A DNA stretch of 64,000 nucleotides from the IMG/VR virus record IMGVR_UViG_3300033074_002123, positions 62,001 through 126,000 of that record; one strand, written 5' to 3'. Origin of the DNA: an uncultured virus (IMG/VR IMGVR_UViG_3300033074_002123). Its lineage: Duplodnaviria > Heunggongvirae > Uroviricota > Caudoviricetes. Shown here piece after piece: positions 9,208-18,698 of this stretch. The translations under genes were made by a program, and so were the position numbers. Within the stretch, counting starts at the first letter, position 1. Every line of letters begins with the position of its first letter. The notes under the pieces were generated by a model that saw nothing but the letters and a program-made list of their open reading frames with translations, was not told where the DNA came from and ran no database searches.

Positions 9208-12200
9208 TTATAAAATAGTTAACTTTGAATATTTATCAGTTTGTAAAACCATTTGTAGTTGAAAATCATTGTAAGTAATTTTACCACTAATAAATATAAC
9301 CTTACCTAAAGCATTTAAAGCCATTTCTTTATATTTAGGAAATATTTCTTGCCACCACAAATAAGCAATAGTTAATTCTTCATTAGTATTAATAGTTAAT
9401 TCAGCAAAAGGACCCTTTGTTTTACTAGACCTTTCTATAATATCAACAACTACTCCAGCCAAAATTACATCTTTACCTGAATTTTTTCTTTTCTTAAAAT
9501 GTAAAGGGTCTATTAATTCTGTTTTTAATCCCTTAAACAAAGCAATATCTTCCAAAACTAAATTATAATCAATGTGACTAAGACCAGAAACTTCTTTTTG
9601 TTTTAATTGCCAATAATATATTTTATTTATTTGAGCTAAATCAACAATATCTTTAAGAGATTCCTTAGGAATAATAGCAATATCATAATATTGTTGAAGT
9701 AATTTATATCTTTCTGTTGGAGAAGTAAGCTCTTCTAATTTATCAAAAGCTCCTGCTATAATAAGATTTTCAACTATTCTTTTAGTAACTTTAACATCAT
9801 TATCAACCATTCTTTTGTAAAATTCCTCAAAAGAAAAATATTGACCATGATTATTAAAATCTTCCATTAATGAAGCAGCAGCAACTGGTCCCAACCCCTT
9901 TATTCCTAATAAAGACCAATACATTGTTTTATTTTCAAAATCCATAAAAAAATAGTCTTTTGAAAAATTAATATCAATAGAAGCTATTTTAATTTCTGGA
10001 TTTATTCTTCTCATTTCAGATAAAAACAAAGGTATTTGGTCATCATCTTTTCTAAATTGAAAAGCTATAGTCCAAAATTGCATGGGATAATAAACCTTTA
10101 ACCACTGCCCTATATAACCCATTAAAGTATAAGCAGCAGCATGAGATTTATTAAAACCATAACTGGCAAATCTTCTTAATTTATCCCAAATCTTTTCAGC
10201 CTCATCAATAGAACAACCTTTCCTATGAGCACTATTAATAAATTGGTCTTTATAAGAATCCAACAATTCTTGTTTCATTCTACCCATTGCTTTTCTAATA
10301 TCATCTGCTTCAGCTAAGGTAAAATCTCCTAAAACTTGAACTGCTTGCATTACTTGTTCTTGATAAATATAAAGCCCATAAGTTTCTTTAGTTACTTCTT
10401 TTAATCCAAAATCATATTCAGGCTTCTTTCTACCAAACTTAATTTCAACATAATCTTCATTAGCTCCTGATTGTAAACCACCAGGTCTAATTAAAGCAAT
10501 CATAGCTATAAGTTCATTTATATCATTTGGTTGGATTTCTCTTGACATTTTTTTCAAACCTTCTGAACCAAAATGAAATATATCTGAATTGTAACCTTTT
10601 CTAAATAAAGCTAAAACTTTTTCATCATTAAGAGGTAAATTATAAATATCAATCTTATCTCCTGTTGTTTTTTCAATCAAATTCAAAATAGCCTTAAATT
10701 TGTCTAACATTTTTAAACCTAAAATATCTTCTTTCAAAAATCCAGCATCAGATAATTCTGTTCCTTCCCATTCAGAAACTAAAACATTTTCTTCTTTTCT
10801 TACTGGTATCCAACTATAAATATCTTTATATTCTTTTGTTGAATCTATCTTAGGTAAAATTAAAGTAGCACAAGCATGAATAGAAGCAGATTTAGGTTGA
10901 CCCAATATTAAATGAATATCATTAACAATTTCAACATGTTCTTTCAAAAAGTTTTTAACCGCCCCATTTATAACAGCATTTCTAAACAAATCTTTCCAAT
11001 CATCTTCAAAATCTCTTAAAATAGTAGTAATAAAATTAACTTTAGAAAATTCTACTCCAGCATTTCTAGATAAATCTTTTAAAGCCTGTTTAATTTGAAA
11101 TGTAGTATAAGTACCAACAGAACAAACATAATCTTCACCATATTTAGATTCCATATATCTCTTAATATCTTCCCTTCTTTCCCCTTCAAAATCTAAATCT
11201 ATGTCTGGTAAGCTTTTCCCAATTCTACCTTCATTCAAAAATCTTTCAAACAATAATCCATAATCTAAAGGATTAAGTTTAATTATGCCTAATAAATAAG
11301 AAACTAAACTTCCTCCAGCACTTCCTCTACCAACACCTACTAAAATGTTGTTTTCATCACAATATCTAATAATGTCCCACAGAATTAAAAAATAATCAAT
11401 AAATTCCCCTTTCTTTATAATCTCAATTTCCTTATCTAATCTATTATACCAAATTTCTGCTTCTTTATCTGTCCCTTTAAATTTTGTTTTAAATCCCTTT
11501 TCTAATAAATAATAAAATAAATCTTCATTGCTTTCCAATTGAAGATATTCTCCTCCTAAAGTAGATTTATCAAAATTTGGTAAATTAAAGTGAACAGTAT
11601 CAATTAAAAACTGAGAAAGATGATTTAATAAAGCAGCATTACTAATAGCCTTATCCAAAAAATCAAAAAACTTATCTTTATCTGGAAATAAAGAATCAAA
11701 AATAACAAAATTCTCATCTAAAGATTTAAAATGTTGGCTCTCAGCTTCATTATAGTGACCTTCTTTGCCAATTTCTTTTAATTTTTTCCTAATATAAGCA
11801 TCTTCTTTATCTAAATAATAAGCATCATTAATAAGAATAGGCTCTAATTGAGAAGAAAAATGATTAAAATAATGTTTAAGGGCTAAAAGATAATCCATAT
11901 CTTTCTTATCATTTTTATACTCAACAGTATCTATTTGGTAAAACACTAAATCAAATATTTGTTTAAAAGCTAAAATTTTAGTTTCTGTTAAAGGATATTC
12001 ACTATTAATAATAAAAGCCAATCCTTCCCCATAAGAAACAAGTTCTGGTTCTTCTATATATTTTTCCTTTCTATCAACATTAACTTTTTTATTAAGGGCT
12101 AACAAGTTTTTCCAACCTATTTTATTCAAAACATAAAATTTACAATCAAAAAGTTTATCCTTAACTTTAATTGAATAAGTAGCCCCTAAAATGGATTTAA

Positions 12201-12711
12201 TAGCTTGAGATTTACAATCTAACTGAAATTTAAGTGTACCAGCCAAAGTATTTTTTTCACAAATCCCTAGTGTTTTAATTTCTAAAAATTTAGCTTTTGT
12301 TATCCAATCCAAATAATCTCTTGACCCACTTAATAACTCATATTTTCCATGTATCCCTAAAAAAGGATAATCTTCAATATAAATTTCTTGTTTTAATTTA
12401 CCTAAGTGTTTAAAGAGATTAAATTGAATGTGCTCTTCTGTTCCCATAGAAGAATAATAAAAGAGCCCCCCAAATTCAAATAAATAATGAGTAGGCTTAT
12501 ATTTTTTAATAGCTTCAAGCTCATTATTAGATAAAGTTAAATTGAATTTTTTATCAAATAATTTATCTTCTTTTGCTTTAATATGAATAAAGATACCTAC
12601 TTCTTCTACTCTAATAATATTAGGGCCTAAAATACTAATAGGCAACTGATATTTTTCAATCCAAGTTAAAAGAGATTTATCTAAAGTTTTATCAATCGTC
12701 AAGTGTTCCAT
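9208..12711 (-). CDS. dnaE: DNA polymerase III alpha subunit (family C)
   Basis: PHP domain, GRGSAGGSLVSYLLGI, FERFLN, PDIDLDF, YQEQVM, YGFNKSHA, C-terminal OB-like region. Confidence 0.97.
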   Translation of the reverse strand: MEHLTIDKTLDKSLLTWIEKYQLPISILGPNIIRVEEVGIFIHIKAKEDKLFDKKFNLTLSNNELEAIKKYKPTHYLFEFGGLFYYSSMGTEEHIQFNLFKHLGKLKQEIYIEDYPFLGIHGKYELLSGSRDYLDWITKAKFLEIKTLGICEKNTLAGTLKFQLDCKSQAIKSILGATYSIKVKDKLFDCKFYVLNKIGWKNLLALNKKVNVDRKEKYIEEPELVSYGEGLAFIINSEYPLTETKILAFKQIFDLVFYQIDTVEYKNDKKDMDYLLALKHYFNHFSSQLEPILINDAYYLDKEDAYIRKKLKEIGKEGHYNEAESQHFKSLDENFVIFDSLFPDKDKFFDFLDKAISNAALLNHLSQFLIDTVHFNLPNFDKSTLGGEYLQLESNEDLFYYLLEKGFKTKFKGTDKEAEIWYNRLDKEIEIIKKGEFIDYFLILWDIIRYCDENNILVGVGRGSAGGSLVSYLLGIIKLNPLDYGLLFERFLNEGRIGKSLPDIDLDFEGERREDIKRYMESKYGEDYVCSVGTYTTFQIKQALKDLSRNAGVEFSKVNFITTILRDFEDDWKDLFRNAVINGAVKNFLKEHVEIVNDIHLILGQPKSASIHACATLILPKIDSTKEYKDIYSWIPVRKEENVLVSEWEGTELSDAGFLKEDILGLKMLDKFKAILNLIEKTTGDKIDIYNLPLNDEKVLALFRKGYNSDIFHFGSEGLKKMSREIQPNDINELIAMIALIRPGGLQSGANEDYVEIKFGRKKPEYDFGLKEVTKETYGLYIYQEQVMQAVQVLGDFTLAEADDIRKAMGRMKQELLDSYKDQFINSAHRKGCSIDEAEKIWDKLRRFASYGFNKSHAAAYTLMGYIGQWLKVYYPMQFWTIAFQFRKDDDQIPLFLSEMRRINPEIKIASIDINFSKDYFFMDFENKTMYWSLLGIKGLGPVAAASLMEDFNNHGQYFSFEEFYKRMVDNDVKVTKRIVENLIIAGAFDKLEELTSPTERYKLLQQYYDIAIIPKESLKDIVDLAQINKIYYWQLKQKEVSGLSHIDYNLVLEDIALFKGLKTELIDPLHFKKRKNSGKDVILAGVVVDIIERSSKTKGPFAELTINTNEELTIAYLWWQEIFPKYKEMALNALGKVIFISGKITYNDFQLQMVLQTDKYSKLTIL

Positions 12712-13135
12712 TAATCCATTTATTTTTTACACTTTCATAATAAGATGTAGTGACAGGTAAACGACCTAAAAGTAAATTTTCTGGAAATTCATTAGTTAAA
12801 AAGAAAACTACCATATCTTTTTTAGTCTTAAACCCTTTCTTTAAAGCAAATTCAATCCTTTGAATAAAATCTTCTTCAGTAGGTGAATAATTATTAAAAG
12901 AAATTTCTTTTTTTAATTTAGCTAAATCCTCTACAGATAATTTAGAAGTAGTTTCATTTCTCCAATCATAATCAAAGGTTTTTATACCTCTTCTAATAGA
13001 CAGATAAAATTCTTCTACTTCTTCTTTAGGTACACCAAAAAGTTTTCCATAAACTGTCACCATCTCAGAAAGAGACATATAAACACAATCTTTCTTAACT
13101 TGAAGATGGTTCCAATCTATTGTAGTAGTGACCAT
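12692..13135 (-). CDS. Hypothetical protein
   Basis: 147 aa ORF coupled to queC by a TAATG overlap. Confidence 0.65.
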   Translation of the reverse strand: MVTTTIDWNHLQVKKDCVYMSLSEMVTVYGKLFGVPKEEVEEFYLSIRRGIKTFDYDWRNETTSKLSVEDLAKLKKEISFNNYSPTEEDFIQRIEFALKKGFKTKKDMVVFFLTNEFPENLLLGRLPVTTSYYESVKNKWINGTLDD

Positions 13136-13935
13136 TATTTTTTACTATCAAGTATTTCTTTAACAGAAGCTACAATTTCTTCCCAAGGTTTAATATAAGG
13201 AACTGGGTCCTTTATTCCTACTTCAATAAAAGCCTCTACTCTTTCAACACAAGAACCACATTTTCCACAACTTTGACCCAACAAATTGGGATTATAACAA
13301 GTATTAGTATTTCTCAATACAGTCATAAGACTAATATTAAGAATAGCACAATTTTTAATTAAATCTTGTAAAATAGTAATTTTGTTAAGTTTCAAATAAG
13401 GTAAATATAACTTAACTTTTTGACTATCCCAATTTCCACTAGCAAAAGCTGCATAAATTTGATTATAAAATTGTGGAGTACAATCAGGATAAATAGCATG
13501 GTCTCCTGAATGAACTCCTAAACTTAACTTAACAGAATTAGTAATATGAAACTTATTAGCTAAAGATAAAGCATAACCATATAAAATAGAAGAAAATATA
13601 GCATTTCTATTAGGGACTACTGTTTGTTTCATATTTTCTTCTTGATAATGACCTTCTGGGATAGCTTCTCCTCCCTTTAATAAATTAGAATGAAATAGGT
13701 CAGCTATAAAAGATAAATCTAATTTCTTAAAAAAGAATTGACCATTGGTAGGGAGATGGGCTGCTAACATATCCAAATTTTTACTTAATCTAACTAATTC
13801 AACATTATGCTTCTGACCATAATCAAAACTAACAGCATAAGTCTTATAACCTTTAGTTAATAAGTGAATAAAAAGAGAAGTAGAATCTAATCCACCAGAT
13901 AAACTAAGTACAGCAAATTTTTGTTCAGTAGACAT
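13135..13935 (-). CDS. queC: 7-cyano-7-deazaguanine (preQ0) synthase
   Basis: SLSGGLDS PP-loop, FDYGQKH, VPNRN, YPDC, TCY...CGKCGSC zinc site. Confidence 0.97.
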   Translation of the reverse strand: MSTEQKFAVLSLSGGLDSTSLFIHLLTKGYKTYAVSFDYGQKHNVELVRLSKNLDMLAAHLPTNGQFFFKKLDLSFIADLFHSNLLKGGEAIPEGHYQEENMKQTVVPNRNAIFSSILYGYALSLANKFHITNSVKLSLGVHSGDHAIYPDCTPQFYNQIYAAFASGNWDSQKVKLYLPYLKLNKITILQDLIKNCAILNISLMTVLRNTNTCYNPNLLGQSCGKCGSCVERVEAFIEVGIKDPVPYIKPWEEIVASVKEILDSKK

Positions 13936-13937
13936 AT

Positions 13938-14534
13938 CTATTTATTTTTAAGTTCAACTAATTTACTTTGACAAACTATAGAAAAATCAGTTAATCTTTC
14001 AGCCACAGTCCCTTTCAAAGTAATAAAAGGAACCTTAAACATATCAGTCAAATACCAATAAATAATTTCATCTATCTTTTGTCTATATTCAGCATTTTCA
14101 CTTCTTACTCCATCCCCAACCAACTCAATATCAGAAGCAGGAAAATAAAAAATTAAGTCATATTTTTTTATATAACGTAAAGTAAGAAAAATTTGCTGAG
14201 AAAGAATAAATTTTTCATTCTCAGCAAAATTTCCATTGTGATAAGCCCAATGAGTATAAGAAAGAGCATCTATTAATCCCCTATCTGTAACAAAATCTTC
14301 TACTAAAAGTAAATTTTTAACAATCTCATTAAAAATAAGGATTTGAGAATCAAAATTAGTTTTTTCATTAATGGCTACATTTTGTCTATTAAATCCTCTG
14401 ACTAATTCAGTAAGAAAAGAATGGTTTTTAAGAAAGTTCAAATCTTTATCCCCCATACTTTCAGAGTGTCCTTTTATAGCCTCTAATAAAGTAGATTTCC
14501 CTGTAGATTGAGTGCCAGTAAAACAAATTTTCAT
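13938..14534 (-). CDS. P-loop nucleoside/nucleotide kinase-like protein
   Basis: GTQSTGKST Walker A, DRGLID motif, DGVR lid. Confidence 0.8.
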   Translation of the reverse strand: MKICFTGTQSTGKSTLLEAIKGHSESMGDKDLNFLKNHSFLTELVRGFNRQNVAINEKTNFDSQILIFNEIVKNLLLVEDFVTDRGLIDALSYTHWAYHNGNFAENEKFILSQQIFLTLRYIKKYDLIFYFPASDIELVGDGVRSENAEYRQKIDEIIYWYLTDMFKVPFITLKGTVAERLTDFSIVCQSKLVELKNK

Positions 14535-15808
14535 AAAGTAAATTTTTCAGTTGCAATTAAACCAGAAACTGCACTAGGTACTATTCCTCTAGTCCCCACA
14601 CAACTATCTCCTACCCAAGTAACATTAGGAAATTGACCACTTTTCAAAGTAAAATCTTCTTTAACATCTAAAACTCCCAAACTTACCTTCACTTCAGGGA
14701 ACCAAATCATGTAGTTATTATCTAATTCTAAAATTTTATTCAATTCATCAACAAAAGTATTAAAAGTTTCCCTTAAAGGAGTAGGGAAAGGATTTTTTCC
14801 ACATAAAACTTTAGGAATACTTTTATCTAAAGGAATATTTTCTCCAGTTAACTTTAAACTAGAAAAGAAATGATAGTTATTACCAAAATAAACACTATTT
14901 TTAGCTAAATCTAAATATTTTTGTTGTTCTAATTCTAAATTATCAACATAAAAGCTAGCTAAAACTCCAAAATTAGACAAATTGTTAGTCATTTGGGGTG
15001 TTTGTTCAGAATAACCATGGCCATTATATTGGACCCTCCCATCAACATATTCTTGTACTACATAAGCTCTTTTATTGTTAGCACAAAAAGTCCTCATTTC
15101 AATAGGACCATATTGTTTAACAAACTTAAAATCATGTTGAATAGCAGCAATTTCTTCAATTTTTGGAGTTAAGATAGTTTCAAATCTCCCTCCTATATGA
15201 AGTTTATTAGGCAAAAGATTAAAATTATATAAAGTAGAAAGTTTTTTAACAGTATTAGCACCAGCTTTACCTAACCCTATTTGAAGATAATCATAATCAA
15301 GTTTCTCACCTGTTTCTGTAACTAAAAAATTGTTTTCTAAATCAAAATGAACAACTTTAGTATTAAACTTAAATTTAACCCCATATTGAGAAAGGTAGTT
15401 ATAAATAGCTATACCTAAACCTTTATTATTATCAGACCCAATATGAACAATATGAGATTGTCTTAAAGGTAAACCAAAATTAGCTTCTTTATTAATAGGA
15501 AACTCTTTAATATATTCAGGTGAAGGATGAAATGTTTTAAGAATACCTAAAATAAAATCATGATATTTAGTTTTGTCTTTTGGATAAGGTTGAACAATAT
15601 CTGGATAGTTAGAAAAAACATATTTACCATCACTCCAAAAACCTGCCCCCCCAAACCCATATAAAAGGTTATCTTCTTTTCTTGCTTCAGGGTCAGGTCC
15701 TTGGTCAACAACAAGAATATCATCAAGAAAAATGTCACAACTAATCAAACTAAGAGCTGCAAACAAATTACTAGGACCAAAACCAACTAAAATAATTTTT
15801 TTACTCAT
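14531..15808 (-). CDS. FAD-dependent oxidoreductase
   Basis: Rossmann start ILVGFGPSN, GFGGAGFWSDGK, RTFC, NGH, C-terminal VGDS..TRGIV.SA.SG. Confidence 0.85.
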   Translation of the reverse strand: MSKKIILVGFGPSNLFAALSLISCDIFLDDILVVDQGPDPEARKEDNLLYGFGGAGFWSDGKYVFSNYPDIVQPYPKDKTKYHDFILGILKTFHPSPEYIKEFPINKEANFGLPLRQSHIVHIGSDNNKGLGIAIYNYLSQYGVKFKFNTKVVHFDLENNFLVTETGEKLDYDYLQIGLGKAGANTVKKLSTLYNFNLLPNKLHIGGRFETILTPKIEEIAAIQHDFKFVKQYGPIEMRTFCANNKRAYVVQEYVDGRVQYNGHGYSEQTPQMTNNLSNFGVLASFYVDNLELEQQKYLDLAKNSVYFGNNYHFFSSLKLTGENIPLDKSIPKVLCGKNPFPTPLRETFNTFVDELNKILELDNNYMIWFPEVKVSLGVLDVKEDFTLKSGQFPNVTWVGDSCVGTRGIVPSAVSGLIATEKFTL

Positions 15809-16625
15809 TTAATATTTTTCGAAATTTAGCAATGTTAAATAATATTTTTTGAATAAGAATAGAATCCTTATTAAATTGTAAATGCATCATATCATCAAGT
15901 AAAAGATTAGGTTTATCTTGAATAACTTCAAAAGAAATTTCTTTTTCAAAGTAACCTAATTTTACAGGTAAAGAAGTATCAAAAGATTTTATATAAGAAA
16001 AATTCTTATTATTATACCAAACAAATTCTTGAGCTCCTCCTCCCCCTAACAAATGTAAAGGAATATCTGGATTAAAAAAAGGTAAATTAACTAATTTAGT
16101 AATTAAATTATATCTACCTAACATTTGATTAAAAGAAGGATAAGGACTTAAAGCTCCTTTTTGAAAGAAATTATAACCAAAAGAAATAGCTATTTTACCT
16201 AAAGGATAATTTCTATGGAAAAGAGCATAAGATAAATAACAATATTCAAACTCAGATAAAGTATCACCTTGTAAAACAACTATAGGTTTAGCTTTAATTT
16301 TTTCTTTTTTAATTATTTCTACCCACTCATAGAAGCTTTCTAATGTTTTGTTTGAATCACACCAAACATCAGGAACAACAAAATAAGTAGGGTTAAGGTC
16401 TTTAATATATTTGATAAATTTTTCTGTATCAAAAGCTGCTTTAAGTTCAAATAAAGAGTTATCTAAAATAACTTCTCTACCAGCACTTACCATTCTTTTA
16501 AAAAAATCATAATAAGTAGGGTAAGATTCAAATAAATGAACTAAAGCATAATCATAATCATTAAAAGAAATACTAGTCTCCAATAAACAAGGAGGTACTT
16601 CATGGCTTATACTCAAATGTGTCAT
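15801..16625 (-). CDS. dpdA: DpdA/tRNA-guanine-transglycosylase-fold protein (putative DNA base-exchange enzyme)
   Basis: TGT-barrel motif order ILDNS, VVPDV, VVLQG, LHLLG, SFDTS; embedded among que genes. Confidence 0.75.
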   Translation of the reverse strand: MTHLSISHEVPPCLLETSISFNDYDYALVHLFESYPTYYDFFKRMVSAGREVILDNSLFELKAAFDTEKFIKYIKDLNPTYFVVPDVWCDSNKTLESFYEWVEIIKKEKIKAKPIVVLQGDTLSEFEYCYLSYALFHRNYPLGKIAISFGYNFFQKGALSPYPSFNQMLGRYNLITKLVNLPFFNPDIPLHLLGGGGAQEFVWYNNKNFSYIKSFDTSLPVKLGYFEKEISFEVIQDKPNLLLDDMMHLQFNKDSILIQKILFNIAKFRKILNE

Positions 16626-16636
16626 AAATCAAATTT

Positions 16637-17572
16637 TTAGTACATTCTATCAACAGCAAATTTAGCTCCCTTACTTCTATATTTCTTTTCTGTTACAACT
16701 TCAATTGGGTAGTTATATTTAAGTTTAAGCAATTCTAAACTTTCAATATAAGGTGAAAATTCAATAAAACTAATAATATGTTCCCATTTCTTACCCTTCA
16801 AAAAGTGTTCTAATAATTTATGTACTCTCCAAATATCTGGAACACCAGCAGAATATTTAAGAATTAAGGGATGAGACCAAAACTCTTCAGGTACTATCCC
16901 TATATTTGAAACAACAATTTTGTGATAGTCAGGATTGTTAAAATAACTTGAAAAAAGGTCATTTTCTCTAAATTGAAGTTGACCTCCACTATAATAAGGC
17001 CTTGTTTTAGTACAAGGTAATAAAATAGCCTTCTTTTTTATTTTTTTATATTTTTGAACCTCAACATTAAACTCTAAAACATAATCTCTACCATAACTTT
17101 GCCAAGAGTTTTGATAAATAGGGTTAGAATCTTCTGGGAAAGGGTCTTTTTTAATTTTGCTGTGGTCTATTTGATATAAAACATCAGCAAAATGCATTGA
17201 AGCAGAACTAACCATTTCAACAAAATCCCTCAATAAACCTCTTTCCTTAGCCCAAATACACCAATCATTTAACTCATATTGATTAAGCAAAGTTAAAGGA
17301 TTATCTAATTTAGGAAAGATTATAGATTCTAAATCAACTTTAAACCCCAAATAAATAGCTAAAGGAATTTCATTAAAAGGCAAATTAGTTATAGTATATT
17401 CAGAATAATCAGTATCTTTACCTAATTCTTGAAATATCATAAACCAATAAATCCCTAAATTTTTATAGAGATTTTCCCACATACTAGAAATAGCTTTCCC
17501 TGTACCTAGGCTGACTTTACCTGTTTGCCCTCCTTTTATAGGGGCATAATCTATAATCTTTCCTGAAATCAT
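16637..17572 (-). CDS. ArcS-like (archaeosine synthase/DUF5591-type domain) protein
   Basis: LLPCTKTRPYYS resembles the ArcS PC-x3-KPY-x2-S motif, followed by VVSNIGIVPEEF...Y; adjacent to dpdA-like gene. Confidence 0.65.
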   Translation of the reverse strand: MISGKIIDYAPIKGGQTGKVSLGTGKAISSMWENLYKNLGIYWFMIFQELGKDTDYSEYTITNLPFNEIPLAIYLGFKVDLESIIFPKLDNPLTLLNQYELNDWCIWAKERGLLRDFVEMVSSASMHFADVLYQIDHSKIKKDPFPEDSNPIYQNSWQSYGRDYVLEFNVEVQKYKKIKKKAILLPCTKTRPYYSGGQLQFRENDLFSSYFNNPDYHKIVVSNIGIVPEEFWSHPLILKYSAGVPDIWRVHKLLEHFLKGKKWEHIISFIEFSPYIESLELLKLKYNYPIEVVTEKKYRSKGAKFAVDRMY

Positions 17573-17575
17573 AAG

Positions 17576-17932
17576 TTAAAGAGATTTAACAATTTCATTT
17601 ATTTCAGACCACTTAACCTCAAAAAGAACAGCAATCTTGTATTGAGGTAATTTAAGTTTAAATAGCTCAACAACTTTTTCTTTATAAGGGAGACTTCCCT
17701 CATAAATAGCTTTTTGTTCAGCAGTCAACTCAGTAATAAACTGGTCTTTCTTAATAAAAAATTGTTTAGATTTTTCAGAAGAAGTATAATGTTTAGAAGC
17801 CTTAAGCTTAGCTAAAATTTCTTCCGACTTTGGAGTAGCTGAAAAAGTAATGCCTAAATTCTTGGCATAATTTCTCAAATCTTTGTAGGAAAGTTGTTCA
17901 ACTTCTTCCCACTTAAGAATAGATGTTTCCAT
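17576..17932 (-). CDS. Small putative nucleic-acid-binding protein
   Basis: N-terminal LSYKDLRNYAKNLGI (Rho-N/HeH-like) and C-terminal HTH-like QYKIAVLFEVKWSEINEIV; has its own promoter. Confidence 0.55.
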   Translation of the reverse strand: METSILKWEEVEQLSYKDLRNYAKNLGITFSATPKSEEILAKLKASKHYTSSEKSKQFFIKKDQFITELTAEQKAIYEGSLPYKEKVVELFKLKLPQYKIAVLFEVKWSEINEIVKSL

Positions 17933-17971
17933 GTTGTCAATTTTACAATTAAAATATAATTTACATTAATA

Positions 17972-18003
17972 TAAATTTATGAAATTTTGCAAGAAAAAAC
18001 AAA
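17972..18003 (-). promoter_or_regulatory. Bacteroidota-type promoter TTTG-N20-TAAATTTA
   Basis: Intergenic, exact 20-nt spacer, TTCA immediately before the -7 box as in other copies. Confidence 0.75.
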
Positions 18004-18050
18004 TTAAAGAACCTCATAAAAAAAACCAACTAAAACAGCCTTTTGAATAT

Positions 18051-18686
18051 TTACCTGTTATCTCCTGACCCCCCAATCTTACCTTCTTCAGCTCTTTTAG
18101 CTAACTTTTTAACATTGGTATCAAGAATAAAAGATAAATCGAAATTAAACCAAACAACAATAGTAACAAGAGTTACAAAAATAATTTTAAAATGGCCAAA
18201 TATTTTTTCTGTTTTTTCTTCTGAAGGTTCAAAACTAATTTCATTCCCTATACCATTGCCATGTTGAGGCAATTCATCTCTTAATATCTTTTTAGTAGTT
18301 TCTGAAATTTTACAAGCTTCAATTGATAAAACAAATAAAAGTGTTTCAAGTTCTTCAGGTCTTGTTGGGTCAATTTTAAAAACAAAAGTTTCAGGGTCAA
18401 AATTAACTACTTCTTCAAAATCTTTGCCATATTCATCACAAAGACAAGCCAAATACCAAAAAACATCTCCAATTTCTTTAATCAAATCTAGTTCTATTTC
18501 TTCTTTACAAGCAAAAGAAAATATAGAATTATCAAAAATAATCTCTTCTGTTTTTTTATATTTAAGAATTTTTTCAATAACTTCCCCCATTTCCCCACTT
18601 AAACCTAAGGTAGGATAACTATAACAATGATTAGGAGGGTAAATTTTGGTATGAATAGCTGCTTTTTGATAATCAGATAAGTTCAT
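18051..18686 (-). CDS. mazG: MazG-like nucleotide pyrophosphohydrolase
   Basis: LGLSGEMGEVIE and KEIGDVFWY ExxE...ExxD motifs; C-terminal NVKKL..R...GSGDNR. Confidence 0.88.
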   Translation of the reverse strand: MNLSDYQKAAIHTKIYPPNHCYSYPTLGLSGEMGEVIEKILKYKKTEEIIFDNSIFSFACKEEIELDLIKEIGDVFWYLACLCDEYGKDFEEVVNFDPETFVFKIDPTRPEELETLLFVLSIEACKISETTKKILRDELPQHGNGIGNEISFEPSEEKTEKIFGHFKIIFVTLVTIVVWFNFDLSFILDTNVKKLAKRAEEGKIGGSGDNR

Positions 18687-18698
18687 AAGATTTAATTT

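Noticed and set aside
15801..16625. Canonical tRNA-modifying Tgt for queuosine
   Set aside because: Too short, lacks the zinc-binding Cys/His motif, and no queF/queA nearby; a DNA-acting DpdA type fits better
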